Position numbers and translations under genes: made by a program. DNA of 64,000 bases from Octopus vulgaris (lineage: Eukaryota): assembly GCA_951406725.2 (NCBI GenBank), contig OX597814.1, forward strand, positions 208,568,001-208,632,000, written 5' to 3'. How positions within the stretch are numbered: position 1 is the first letter of the stretch; every line of letters begins with the position of its first letter. The notes beneath the pieces were generated by a model. The model worked only from the letters and a program-made list of their open reading frames with translations. It was not told the DNA's origin and did not search any database. This document shows, piece after piece, positions 13,941-27,180 of this stretch.

Positions 13941-14394
13941 GCGATGCGTTGAATATGAAAAACCGATGCGATTGTCAAGTGAAGGATGCACTGGAGTGGT
14001 TTCCACATGCGTGTTCCCAGTATGCTCTAAGAATATATGTTTTATATCCACAGAACTGGTATCACAGACCAAGTTTATTTCTGTTTACTTTTGTTCTTTT
14101 CTTCTAATTACTTTTCTTGTGGTTGAGACTGTTTCATCTATATGTAACCAATGCCAAGAAACTTTCATGTACGTACCACATCTGAAAGTGACATTCTGTT
14201 CTGTTAAAGACAGATAACTTTGTTCGGAGAGCAGAAATGTTAAATTCGAGACGGTGAAGTGGTACAGCGTCGGACAGAATATCACGTAATATTTGCTACT
14301 ATTCTATGGTACTGAGTCCAAGTCCTGTCGAGAGCAACTTTACTTTTTATTCTTTCGGGGTTGGTGGATGCTTTCTAGGTCTCCGTTTATAGAA

Positions 14395-14830
14395 TCATTG
14401 CAGGTTGGAATCTAGTGTCTAGGCTGTGTGCGGGTAATGCATGATAAGGGAAAGTTTAGTGGGGAATGAATTTTGTCTTCTGCACAAGAGTGCATAAATG
14501 GATGTGGCAACAAGTAGGTCATTGACGTATAGAAGGAAGAGAGTAGAGAACAGAACTGAACCCTGAGGAACACCAGAGTTGATTAACATACGCAACAACG
14601 GTGCGATCTAAGAAGCTACCGATCCATGAGATAAGAGGTGATTGGAGTCCGAGGGCGATAAATTTCGATAGGAGATTTTGTGTATTTGACACGGTCAAAT
14701 TGAACATTTGAACTTTTCTAAGGCGAGAGCCCACTGGTGGATTAGTTCTAAGGGAATAGTTCTTCAGTAGATCTGGCTCTGTGGAAGCTATACTGGTTAT
14801 AATTGATGAGAAAGAGAGAGAGAGGAGGAA
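14395..14830 (-). mobile_element. Decayed non-LTR retrotransposon RT fragment (CR1/L2/Jockey group)
   Basis: Minus-strand frames give QNLLSKFIALGLQSPLISWIGSFL and INSGVPQGSVLFSTLFLLYVNDLL, with a degenerate YADD region; frameshifted. Confidence 0.8.
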
Positions 14831-14951
14831 GATTCACATATTTGTAACTGAGGAAGAAAAATGTTAGTGGGTGGAATACAATATGTGTATGTAACATGAT
14901 TATACAAGTTGTACTGAGTTACATGCTATCAGTAGCGCTCATGATCGACCT

Positions 14952-15037
<86 letters not shown>

Positions 15038-15039
<2 letters not shown>

Positions 15040-15313
15040 CTTTATTCAAAGCAGCAGAAAATTCAACAAAACCTGTTACTCTGAGTTTCCTGTTGCCGTT
15101 CGTCGGACAGTTTTTGCTAGAATGGAATCGATATGTGGATTCTATCCAGACTATTGTAAACGCTACACCTTTAAAAAAATGGGCTTGTTTGATTGGCCCT
15201 TTGGAAATAACGGCCATACACCTTTAAAAAATGGACTTGTTTGATTGGCCCTTTAGAAATAACGGCCTCTTTTCGGGCGATAAACATAGATGAGTTCAAT
15301 CATCTATGTTTAT
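15038..15313 (-). mobile_element. (TA)n-embedded insert with hammerhead-like motif, about 52-bp tandem duplication and terminal hairpin (Penelope-like)
   Basis: Minus strand CCGACGAACGGCAACAGGAAACTC; duplication at 15164-15267; 14-bp-arm hairpin at 15280-15313. Confidence 0.5.
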
Positions 15314-15414
15314 ATATATATATATATCAATTTGTTGACGTTATTTTTGCGTTTCTGACTTAGCGGTTCCCAGTTACTTCACGGATTCATCTTTTGATTT
15401 ATTATTACAATAAC

Positions 15415-15545
15415 GAAGTGATTGGCGAGCTACAAGTACATTGAAGTCAGAGGTATCTACTTTGAAAGAAATCAGAGTTTTGTACTTCTCTGAAGTTAAT
15501 GTCTTGTCTGAAAAAGTCTCAAAACTTCTGGAATTCACCTTGTAC
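15415..15545 (+). mobile_element. Mariner 3' end fragment
   Basis: Encodes YKYIEVRGIYFE (cf. KCI...GDYFE) then a TIR-like end; homologous to 19765-19900. Confidence 0.6.
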
Positions 15546-16247
15546 ATGTACAGCGACTCTGCCGACCGTCTCTGCCGCGGCAGAAACAATGAGAAGGACA
15601 TGAGATGGGCATGTCTGGAGTGCATCTGACTATAGATCCCCTTGATAACTGTCGAGCTGGTGCTAAATTACTCCACGTAATGTAGACACTTAACAATTTT
15701 CCAGGATTCCGAATTTTACCCTATTTACAAGGGTTTTCTAACGAATGGAAATCGTGGTAGAATTTTGCAATGACAGTTTGGATTATCAGTCCGGTAATGA
15801 AGAGCAAATATGTCATTTGTCAAGCGTTAGCGTTTGCGTCTAGATAAATTATTGTCAATCATGGCAAGATAACGAAGACCCAAAGGCAACAGGTCAGTTC
15901 ATTAGTTGAACATTTTTCAAGTAGTCCTGTCTAGAAATACTGGTTTAGTTAATACACAGGCAAACAAATTTGATTTTATCTTCGACACTACCTTGGAGAA
16001 TCCTTATTAAAATTATGCAATGTGTAGCGAGAAACGAGTTGAACTGGGAGTCGATAAATCAGAAACGCAAAAATAACGTCAATAATTAAGACTAATTAAT
16101 ATTCGGAAAACTAATATCGATTCTATCTCAGTGTTACGGCGATGTAACGTGGGACATACGAGATGCGCAAATTGCATAGGTGTCTCTTTTATATTCGTGT
16201 GTCTGCTGTAGACGAAGGTATGTAACGCTTAAAAAAGGAGTCAGCTA

Positions 16248-16490
16248 ATTGACGAACTTGTTGATATGACTGGTGTGTACTCGAGCTCCTGCCAACGAAT
16301 TTTGAGCGAAGAATTGTGAATGAAAAGAGTTAGAGCAAAATGTGTGCCTCGCTTGATTACAGAAGATCAAAGGCAGTCACGATTGAATGCGTGTAGTGAA
16401 CTGGAAGAACAGTTGGAAGTTGATCCAGACCTTTTTTTCGAGAGTCATTAGCGGTGACGAAAGCTGGTGCTACGGAATTTGCAAATGTAG
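16248..16490 (+). mobile_element. Mariner transposase fragment (internally deleted family)
   Basis: IDELVDMTGV.SSSCQRILSEEL*MKRVRAKCVPRLITEDQ...RVISGDESWCYG, carrying WVPREL- and TGDE-like motifs. Confidence 0.88.
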
Positions 16491-16770
16491 CCAATAACGC
16501 CAAGACAGCGTTAGCTATTTATTTCGTTTCGTTTCTTTTTCCTGCTGATTCATTCTGTTTTTCCAGGACACGGACACTCAAAAATACTCACACGCGCGTG
16601 CACACAAACAGTTACACACAAACACATGCACAAATACAAAGACACATATATAAACATACACGTATGCAAGACAAGGAGGGAAAATCGTGATGCCACTCCA
16701 CCCGCTAGAAGAAGCAACTAAATATTTTGATTATAATTATTAACATCTCCCAAAAAATATAAAGTACACT

Positions 16771-17232
16771 ATCCATCCACCCATCCATCAATCCATCCAT
16801 CCATTTATCCATCCATCCATTTATCCATCCATCCACCCATCCATCCATCCATCTATCCATCCATCCATCCATCCACCCATCCATCCATCCATCCGTTCAT
16901 CCATCCATCCATCCATCCATCCATCCATCCACCCATCCATCCATCCACCCATCCATCCATCCATCCACCCATCCATCCATCCATCCATCCATCCATCCAT
17001 CCATCCATCCATCCGTTCATCCATCCATTCATCCATCCATCCATCCATCCATCCATCCATCCGTTCATCCATCCATTCATCCATCCATCCATCCATCCAT
17101 CCATCCGTTCATCCATCCATTCATCCATCCATCCATCCATCCATCCATCCATCCATCCATCCATCCATCCATCCATCCATCCATCCATCCATCCATCCAT
17201 CCATCCATCCATCCATCCATCCATCCATCCAT

Positions 17233-17275
<43 letters not shown>

Positions 17276-17276
17276 T
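16771..17276. repeat. (CCAT)n to (CCAG)n tetranucleotide tract
   Basis: Directly visible. Confidence 0.97.
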
Positions 17277-17763
17277 GGATGCAGACATACATACACAAAC
17301 CGATATACTTATGTCAGATATATAAGTGAAAAACGAATGAGAAAGCTAATTCCAATCACTGCCAACCTACCCATCCGTGTCATATATCAAATAAGTAAAT
17401 AAATAAAATAAAATGTTAACAAAAAAAACCCCCCACTACGCTGCCGCTTGACCTGCTTGAAAAAGCAGCTAAAATTTTCATCAAATATTAGGGAAAGAAA
17501 GGAAAAATATGCTAGATAATGTAGTCCTACATATTCTTAAAAGGATGAGATGGGTATGTCTGGAGTGCATCTGACAATAGATCTCCTTGATAATTGTTGA
17601 ATTGGTGCCAAATCATACCATGTAATGAGAAAATGTTTTACTGAAAATCAGATCCCAGCCAGTTTCCTACAAAATAATCTGAAAACGGTAAAGGAAATAA
17701 TGTCGCAGCAGTTAAGATGGAACGTGAAGAAATACTAAACATGAAACGTATCCGACTATTGAA

Positions 17764-18522
17764 TATTCTTTTCTACTCTAGGCACAAGGTCCGACGCAAC
17801 TGGTACTTAATTTATCGACCCCGAAAGGATGAAAGGCAAAGTCGACCTCGGCGGAATTTGAACTCAGAACGTAAAGACAGACGAAATGCCGCTAAGCATT
17901 TCACCCGGCGTGCAAACGTTCCTTATTTCTTTATTGCCCACAAGGGGCTAAACGTAGAGGGGACAAACAAGGACAGATGTACGGATTAAGTCGATTACAT
18001 CGACCCCAGTGTGTAACTGGTACTTAATTTATCGACTTCGAAAGGATGACAGGCAAAGTCGACCACGGCGGAATTTGAACTTAGAACGTAACGGCAGACG
18101 AAATACATATTTCTTTACTACACACAATGGGCTAAACACAGAAAGGACAAACAAGGACAGACAAACGGATTAAGTTGATTATATCGACCCCAATGCGTAA
18201 CTGGTACTTATTTAATCGACCCCGAAAGGATGAAAGACAAAGTCTACCTTGGCGGAATTTGAACTCAAAACATAAAGACAGGCGAAATACCTATTTCTTC
18301 ACTGCCCACAAGGGGCCAAACAAAGAGTGGGCAAACAAGGACATACAAAAGGGTTAAGTCGATTACATCGACCCCAGTGCGTAACTGTTACTTATTTAAT
18401 CGACCCCGAAAGGATGAAAGGCAAAGTCGACCTCGGCGGAATTTGAACTCAGAACGTAACGGCAGACGAAATACGGCTAAGCATTTCGCCCGGCGCGCTA
18501 ACGTTTCTGCCAGCTCGCCGCC
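17764..18522 (-). mobile_element. Composite SINE B array: head + 3 B bodies + older B2-tail copy
   Basis: Bodies 17924-18107, 18108-18291, 18292-18475; head to 18522; B2-tail copy 17764-17920; imperfect outer TSD CGACTATTGAATATT (17753-17767) / CGACTACTGAACATT (18525-18539). Confidence 0.9.
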
Positions 18523-19049
18523 TTCGACTACTGAACATTAATTGGTGTTGGAGGCAGTTTGGTGCGGCGTTGTTGCTGATGGTGTTGTTAGTGGTGAGAG
18601 TGTTAATGAACTTGCTGGGGGTGATGGTAGTAGTTGTAATGGTGTTGGTGAATTTTGTATTGTCAAGCAATTCCTGGAAACTAATTTAACTTTGCAAAGA
18701 AGACGAAGCAGAAAACCATGTGTGTTGTCATAACCATCGACACTCTCCTTTCACTTTTTGTTGCCCTCACTCCTCCACACACACACACACACACACACAC
18801 TCTCCTGTCTTATAAGTATTCTTATACTTTTACATTTTTTCATTTTTACTTCATGTCAGACTGCATACAAAGAAGTATTTTGTCCTCGAGGATAAGTAAG
18901 TGGACAAAATCGCGGAGAGAAACAAAAGCTTACATCTAAAGAGGAGGAAAACGTTTTCTCAAAGGCCAAATCAGAAGAAAAGCAGACAAAAACCATACTG
19001 TTCGCTAATCATATCTTACGAATTGAAACTTGTTTTCTCAAAACCTATT

Positions 19050-19090
<41 letters not shown>

Positions 19091-19249
19091 TTATACATAC
19101 ATACATACATACATACATACATACAAACATACACACACATATGCAATATATACATATATACATACAAAGATATATATATATATACACATACATATATATA
19201 CGTCTAAACATTCATGCATACACATACGTGTATGTGTATGTTTGTGTAC

Positions 19250-19359
<110 letters not shown>

Positions 19360-19619
19360 TGATGAGCTAGGTTGTCAGTCAAGGTTTTTACCACAGAACT
19401 CGTATTTATATAAAAAAAGCTTCATAGGTCATTGTTTAGTTCATAATCATGCTCAGTGTTTCTAATACTAAATATACTATTAAACATAATTTAGTTGGGA
19501 TAATTGTGATCTGATATATTTTTTGTTTCAATTTTCTACTAAGCTATGGCTGATACAAAATAAAGAACAATAATAAATACATACATATATATATATATAC
19601 ATTCAGTCCCAAAAAGAGA

Positions 19620-19900
19620 TAAGCATCAAAACTCTTCCCACCTTTCTGCAACCCAAACCTTGCTCCTTTTGGTTTTTGGTTGTTCCCCAAACGGAAGAAG
19701 ATGAAGGACGCTGTGACAAGGGTCTCGGACACCTTCACTTTGGAGACTTCCATGGAGCCTTCACGAAGTGATTGGAGAGTTTCAAGTACATCGAAGTCAT
19801 AGGATCCTTATTTGAAGGAAATTAGATTTTTGTACTTCTTTGAAATTAATATATGGCTTTTCTGAAAAATTCCCAAAACTTCTGGAATTTACTTTGGACG
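19620..19900 (+). mobile_element. Mariner 3' fragment
   Basis: PPFCNPNLAPFGFWLFPKRK resembles the YSPDLAPSDFWLFPKLK motif; C-terminal part and TIR-like end follow. Confidence 0.75.
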
Positions 19901-20099
19901 TGTACAGTGGCTCTGCCGGCAGTCCCAGCTGTGGCAGAGATAATTTGCGGTAACTTATACTACATAGACTATAGCTGATTGTAACATGATTCTTCAGAAG
20001 GTTAATAGAAATAAACATATTTTCTTTTATAATATATAAGAGGAGACGAGTAAATAGTAAAGAATGTATGATAATGGTTGTTATATGCCACCGTAAAGA

Positions 20100-21545
20100 T
20101 GTTTTGGATTTCACTGTATTCAACCCCGCCCCATCTCATATCCTCAAAATCGGTATCTAATCCTACAAGAAACACATTAAGAATACAGGAAGAACATTGG
20201 GATAATTCTTTCTTTACACGAGAGGAATACAAACCATTTAGAAAATTATTATGCCTGGCGTGAACCTGAATTACGCTTATTCAAAAGAGAAACGATTTAT
20301 GCTGTTAACCAGCAGAAAATTAAGCCAAAAGAACGATGCTGTCGGTAGGTCTTGCAACGTTTGATGGCTTTGATCAAAGTTCTTGGAATGCAAAGCTTCC
20401 CGTTTCGTGGTGCAAATGAAAAGTTGTACTATGCTAGCAATGGAGATCTTTTACAATTTGCAGAATATAGAGTCCTTTTCGGTCTTATCAAAGAAAACAT
20501 TTGCGCTGAATTACGCCTAGGAAAAGCTATAAAATGAGCTTATGCGGCTTCTAGCACATGCTGTGAAGCAGTAAATTTTAACACATACAAACTCAGTCAA
20601 ATACTATTCAATTAATCTGAACTGCACACATAGTGTTAGTAAAAAAAAGCAAATGACCACTATTGTTTACTGATGCAATGAAGCTATTAGTCAGAGAGAT
20701 ATCCGAGTCTGAAGTTATAATAGAAAATTTATGCGTGCGTAAAGGGAACTCTTCTTGAATAACTTGAGCAAACCATATTACAAATTGTAATCAGGGTTTT
20801 GACAATGGGAGTAATAGGAAGTAATGGCATACAAAAGATTCTTAGACGTAAAACCATGAGCCTTTTTGTGACTTTATGTACACTTTTCAAATTTTGTAGA
20901 CACTGATAACGATAGGTAGTGTTTTGAAACAACTAATCTTTTCGGTTTGGTTCAACAGATCTACAATTATTTCTTTCTACCGATTCATACACCAGACTTA
21001 AGCATAAATGTTAAAATATTGAGTAAAACATGATAAAAGAGTTGAATGTTTTAAAATCACCAATATACCATGTTGGTAATATATAAATAACGCTTTCCTA
21101 GAGATCCTTAGTGACACAAATCTAAAAGGTTCGTTTGAAAATACTTCTCGAATAGAAGCTTGGGTCTTCGCTGACGCAATTTCTATGTTTAAATTTATTG
21201 AATCTCTTTTCGAAGTAATTACACAAACAAACTACTGCAGAATAAAGAAAATGATTTAAGCTCATCTACAAGACAATCGGCAGGGACTAAGAATTACCTT
21301 CTGAACGGTAGGTGTGATACAATTTACAGCGAGTTTTGATTGATGCTACTGAGATTGCAAATGAACTCGTGATACTTCCATACTTTGAGGCTGGAAAACT
21401 TAGAAAGAAGGAAAGAAACGACAGTTTGAGTATGAAACCCAAGAATTGACACCGCAAGTCATATAGTAGAAATTAAAGGTGGGTTTCCACAATGATTTCT
21501 CAGAGTTGGCTACACAGTCTGTTGAAGAGAGATGCAAACAGCGAT
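20100..21545 (+). mobile_element. Decayed hAT transposase (ZMYM1/DUF4371-like)
   Basis: LQRLMALIKVLGMQSFPFRGANEKLY..NGDLLQ; VKYYSINLNCT; QGFDNGSN (cf. GQGYDNGAN); RKRQFEYE; many stops and frameshifts. Confidence 0.8.
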
Positions 21546-21558
21546 AACAATATAATTC

Positions 21559-21629
21559 CCTCGAAGTTTCGACCAACCAAGCCATCATAGGACAGTTCGG
21601 TGATGGCTTAGCTGGTCGAAACTTCGAGG
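21559..21629. repeat. Inverted repeat (29-bp arms, 13-nt loop) of a hammerhead-like motif
   Basis: CCTCGAAGTTTCGACCAACCAAGCCATCA / TGATGGCTTAGCTGGTCGAAACTTCGAGG. Confidence 0.75.
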
Positions 21630-21708
21630 TCACTGTCAAAACTATTCTTGTTAAAAAATAATAGATTTGTACTCTACTGAAAGTAGTGAGTAACCCTTCA
21701 ATTTAATG

Positions 21709-21769
<61 letters not shown>

Positions 21770-22044
21770 TTTAAAAAATTCTGAAGATGAATCTAGGAGT
21801 AGCAAAAATTTGGTAAAATCATCGATACCTAATAGAAACAAAGATACTGAAAGTAAAGATTTATGTTGTGGACTAAATCAACAGCGTGAAGACTTCTCAA
21901 GCCTATACGATAATGAGAACGAACGTAGTTCCTCAATTTCTCAAAGTTCAAACTTCTAAAATTTGCCGTCGCTTAACAATGTTGTAAATGTTACAACATA
22001 CACAAGGTGGCACGTGACAGTTATATGATTTGAATATGTCCAGG

Positions 22045-22786
22045 CATCATCACTCTCAATTTGAGGGAAAGCATTGGTCCATGCGCGTTTTCCGCTATTC
22101 GAAACAGTGCTGGAACTCTTGCGAAGTGATGCCTTCAAAAGCCTCCAGTGTTTTCTTCTTCGCCTCTTCTACATCTGCAAATTCCGTAGCACCAGCTTTC
22201 GTCACCACTGATGACCCTCGAAAAGAGGTCTGGATCGACTTCCAACTGTTCTTTCAGTTCTCAACACGCATTCAGTCGTGACTGCTTTTGATCTTCCGTA
22301 ATCAAGCGAGGCACAAATTATGCTGCACCTCTTTTTCATTCATAATTGCTCGCTCAAAATTCGTTGGCAGGAGCTCGAGTACACACCAGTTATATCAACA
22401 AGATCGTCAATTGTTCAGTGACGGTCCTTTCACGACGTTTTCATTCGTTCAGGAGGTCGACAGTTGCCTTGAACGAGGTCGGTCTTCAAGTGACAGGTGA
22501 CCATTCCTAAAGCGTGGAAACCACTCGCAAACTTGTGTTTGCTCGTGACAGACACCTCGTGAGCTGTTTGAAGCATGACGCAGTTCCATCGTTTAAGACG
22601 TCGCAAAAATCAACGAACAAGAGAGAAGCACTGCAAAAAAAAAAAAAAGACGCACCACGTAGCAATACGACTTCAACTGACGACACCAGTCGGCAAACTG
22701 ATGTCTGAGGGTCGCATCAAGTGCTTTCTAGCGGTGGAAGCCTGAACTACACCGGGCTTACGGTTACTTTTGGGCACCCCATCGTA
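22045..22786 (-). mobile_element. Mariner deletion derivative with 5' TIR
   Basis: Minus strand begins TACGATGGGGTGCCCAAAAGTAACCG; HTH region, GDESWCYG joined directly to C-terminal FADVEEAKKKTLEAF; homologous to 16248-16490. Confidence 0.88.
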
Positions 22787-23377
22787 TTTACAGGAAAGAA
22801 ACTGTTTATTTGACACCGAGCTTCTCTGTTACTATTCTTAGTTTCTAATTTCAGTTTTTTTTTTTACTGAAGCTCTGTCACTGCGTGTGGGTATATAGAT
22901 AGAAGAAAACAAAAAAAAAAAGGCTTTATAGCTTATTCTTTAAATGTATTATGGCTTCTTTTGTTTTTCATTTCAAACGTAAAGGCAAACTTCAGGCCGT
23001 TTTTGCACGTTCTTCACAATGAGGAACGTGCAGAGAATGATGAAATTCGAGTAACGACGGGGTGCAGCTTTAACACCTATTGAATTTAGATATTAATCTA
23101 TATATCTATATTTATATCTATATATATATCTATATATATACATAAATGTATTAATACATACATAGACTCATACAAACACATACACATTGGCGGTTCAGAG
23201 ACGAAATGTCCACCATCTATATTCATACATTTATTCATTGCACGCCGCCATACTGGTTTTTGTTTGTGGTCTTCCGTAATCAATATCACATTATTCTTCT
23301 CTCCTCTTGTTTGTAATCGCGTTTCTCTAAGTAATATATATGTGTGCGCATGTGCGATTATTGTATGTTTGTGTGTA

Positions 23378-23780
<403 letters not shown>

Positions 23781-24114
23781 GCCATAAATATATGTGGTGG
23801 GTGGAGATTAAACTTTTATTCGATATAGATCTGTTTGTTTCTGTTTGCTATAAATCGAACATTATATGATTTATATACATTTTTCTGTATTGTCTCTACT
23901 CTTTTATACAGATTCCTTTAATACGTCCCAAAAATTCAATACGTGCGCGCGCACGCATACACACAAACACGTCAATATTTTTCAATAATTTTAGGGCTTC
24001 CTGCTTTTTTCACGAGAGATTTTCAATGGACACTCACAGTAATGCTTTCGAGGACACAAATACATACATTTACATTAATACATATATCATGCACGCACAC
24101 ACATCACATACACA

Positions 24115-24187
<73 letters not shown>

Positions 24188-24309
24188 CAACCAAATATAT
24201 GTTGTTGACGTCATTTGAATTTATAAACTTTCAAGAGATCGTGGAATAATTTTTCTGGTGTAAATAGTTTTATAAGCTATATAGATAATAGCAAGTAAAT
24301 CCGAAGGGT

Positions 24310-24375
24310 TGCTTTGGTAGAATGGTAGAAGGTCTTTCATGTCTACAGGAGACGTTGGTTCGAGTCTAAAAAGGA
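24310..24375 (+). pseudogene. tRNA-like remnant (Asp-like, possible GTC anticodon) or old SINE head
   Basis: A-box TGGTAGAATGGTAG, B-box GGTTCGAGTC, CAGGAGAC variable region; stems imperfect. Confidence 0.35.
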
Positions 24376-24401
24376 TTCTCTATCCAATATTTACATGCTA
24401 T

Positions 24402-24601
24402 ACTCTTTTACTCTCTTTTACTTGTTTCAGTCATTTGACTGTGGCCATGCTGGAGCACCGCCTTTAGTCGAGCAAATCGACCCCGGGACTTATTCTTTGT
24501 AAGTCCAATACTTATTCCATCGATCTCTTTTGCCGAACCGCTAAGTGACATGGACGTAAACACACCAGCATCGGTTGTCAAGCAATGCTAGGGGGACAAA
24601 C

Positions 24602-24667
<66 letters not shown>

Positions 24668-24830
24668 GACAGGCTTCTTTCAGTTTCCGTCTACCAAATC
24701 CACTCACAAGGCATTGGTCGGCCCGGGGCTATAGCAGAAGACACTTGCCCAAGATGTCACACAGTGGGACTGAACCCGGAACCATGTGGTTGGTTAGCAA
24801 GCTACTTACCACACAGCCACTCCTGCGCCT
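24402..24830 (-). mobile_element. SINE family A, full length
   Basis: Complete reverse-complement match to family A. Confidence 0.93.
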
Positions 24831-25045
24831 ATATTATTTATAGATTCATACTTCATGAACTAATTCAAAACACACACACACACACACACACACGTAGTAA
24901 TAACAAGAACTTTTGGATGGAAATTCATAAATCCTTTAGTGCATTTCCACAAGCCTCAATCTCTTTAATGCGTTTCCACAAGCCTCAATCTCTAGTCGTA
25001 TAGTTGTATTTCCTACACACACACACGTACGTATCTATTACAAAT

Positions 25046-25428
25046 GGAAGCACTCCGTCGGTTACGACGACGAGGGTTCCGGTTGATCCGAATCAACGGA
25101 ACAGCTTGCTCGTGAAATTAACGTGCAAGTGGCTGAGCACTCCACAGACACGTGTACCCTTAACGTAGTTCTCAGGGATATTCAGCGTGACACAGAGAGT
25201 GACAAGGCCGGCCCTTTGAAATACAGGTACAACAGAAACAGGAAGTAAGAGTGAGAGAAAGTTGTGGTGAAAGAGTACAGCAGGGATCTCCACCATCCCC
25301 TGCCGGAGCCGCGTGGAGCTTTAGGTGCTTTCGCTCAATAAACACTCACAACGCCCGGTCTGGGAATCGAAACCGCGATCCTATGACCGCGAGTCCGCTG
25401 CCCTAACCACTGGGCCATTGCGCCTCCA
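25046..25428 (-). mobile_element. SINE family C, tail type 1
   Basis: Near-identical to 4615-5000; TSD CTATTACAAAT at 25035-25045 and 25431-25441. Confidence 0.93.
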
Positions 25429-25496
25429 CCCTATTACAAATAATATATATGTGAATATATTATGTATAGACAGGTATACATATACATGTGGGGAAG

Positions 25497-25975
25497 TGGA
25501 GGCGCGTGGCTTAGTGCATTGCACACATCATCGTAAAATTGGTGTTTCGATTCCTTGACCAGGCAATGCGCTGTGTCCTTGAGCAAAACACTTCATTTCA
25601 CATTGCTCCAGTCCACTCAGCTAGCAAAAAACGAGTAATCCTGTGATGGACTGGTGTCCCGTCCAGGAGCAATATATACCTCTCAGAATCGGGGAAATCG
25701 GTTTAATGAACCTAATGGCGGCGAGCTGGGAGAAGCGTTAGCACGCCGGGCGAAATGATTTGCGGTATTTCGTCTGCCGCTACGTTGTGAGTTCAAATTC
25801 TGCCGAGGTCGACTTTGCCTTTCATCCTTTTGGGGTCGATAAATTAAGCACCAGTTACGCACTGGGGTCGATGTAATCGACTTAATACCTATGTCTGTCC
25901 TTGTTTGTCCCCTCTATGTTTAGCCCCTTGTGGGTAATAAAGAAATAGGTTTAATGAACCTATGGCTCGGGAAGG
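25497..25975 (+). mobile_element. Older CORE-type SINE (family D) interrupted by SINE B
   Basis: TGGAGGCGCGTGGCTTAGTG head, GTTTCGATTCC B box, GTCCTTGAGCAAAACACTT core-like segment, GATGGACTGGTGTCCCGTCCAGG. Confidence 0.7.
25717..25947 (+). mobile_element. SINE family B monomer nested in SINE D
   Basis: TSD GGTTTAATGAACCTA at 25700-25714 and 25948-25962. Confidence 0.93.
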
Positions 25976-26429
25976 ACCTTTGATTTTTTTTCACACACAC
26001 GCACACAACAATGATGTACTTATCCTTTTATTGTTTATTTGCAAGTCAGTAGGTTTGTTTGTTAAATTTTGAATGTCTTCAGGAAGAGCGCAGAAGTCGT
26101 TGACTGAACGCAAGCTACTCATCATTTGGCTGGCTTACCGTAAACCTATCCATTTAGTAACGTAGGCACTCGAAATAAGGAAAGTATAACCAAATTTAGA
26201 AATTAAAATACATGATGCAGTCAAACGAAAGTGAAAGTAACTCTCCATCTCATCTGATACATCTATCTGGATAAGGAAAGTGAAAAATCAAAATATGAAA
26301 CTGTCGAACGAAAGAAAAATAAGATCTCAGTTCATTGAGTACATCGATCTGTACTTCTCAAAATTGGTTTGCTTTCCAATTTGTAAAATAAGGAAAAATA
26401 AAACTTAGTTATAAAAGAAGCGGATAATG

Positions 26430-26475
<46 letters not shown>

Positions 26476-26631
26476 TTCCTTCCTTTCTTTCTTTCTTTCT
26501 TTTTTTCTTCCTTTCTTACTTTCATTTTTTTCTTTCTTTCTTTTCTTTCTTTCTTTCTTTCTTTCTTTCTCTCTTTCTTTCTTTCTTTCTTCCTTTCTTT
26601 CTTTCTCTCTTTCTTTCTTTCTTTCTTTCCT

Positions 26632-26681
<50 letters not shown>

Positions 26682-26694
26682 TTTCTTTCTTTTT

Positions 26695-26736
<42 letters not shown>

Positions 26737-26832
26737 TTCCTTCCTTTCTTTCTTCCTTCCTTTCCTTTCCTTCCCTTCTTTCTCTCTTTCTTCCTTTCCT
26801 TCTTTCTTTCTTTCTTTCTCTCTTTCTTTCCT

Positions 26833-26864
<32 letters not shown>

Positions 26865-26873
26865 TCCTTCCCT

Positions 26874-26907
<34 letters not shown>

Positions 26908-27180
26908 TTCCTTCCTTCCCTTCTTTCTTTCCTTCTTTCTTTCTTTCTTTCTTCCTTTCTTACTTTCTTTCTTTCTTTCCTCCTTTCTTTCTTCCTTCCT
27001 TCCTTCCTTCCTTCCTTCCTTTCTTTCTTTCTTTCTTTCTTTCTTCCTTCCTTCCTTTCTTTCTTTTTTCTTTCTTCCTTTCTTTCTTTCCTTCCTTCCT
27101 TCCTTCCTTCCTTCCTTCCTTCCTTCCTTCCTTTCTTCCTTTCTTCCTTCCTTTCTTTCTTTCTTTCCTTCCTTCCTTTT
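26430..27180. repeat. About 750-bp polypyrimidine (TTTC/TTCC)n tract
   Basis: Directly visible; explains the 288-aa F/L/S ORF. Confidence 0.97.

Noticed and set aside
23190-23255. Minus-strand [18 protein letters not shown] resembling a Tc1/mariner C-terminus
   Set aside because: Too short and no TIR found
26097-26160. Similarity to 38985-39050 (CTACTCATC.TTTGG.TGGCTT...TATCCATTTAGT)
   Set aside because: Probably an old dispersed repeat; too short to classify
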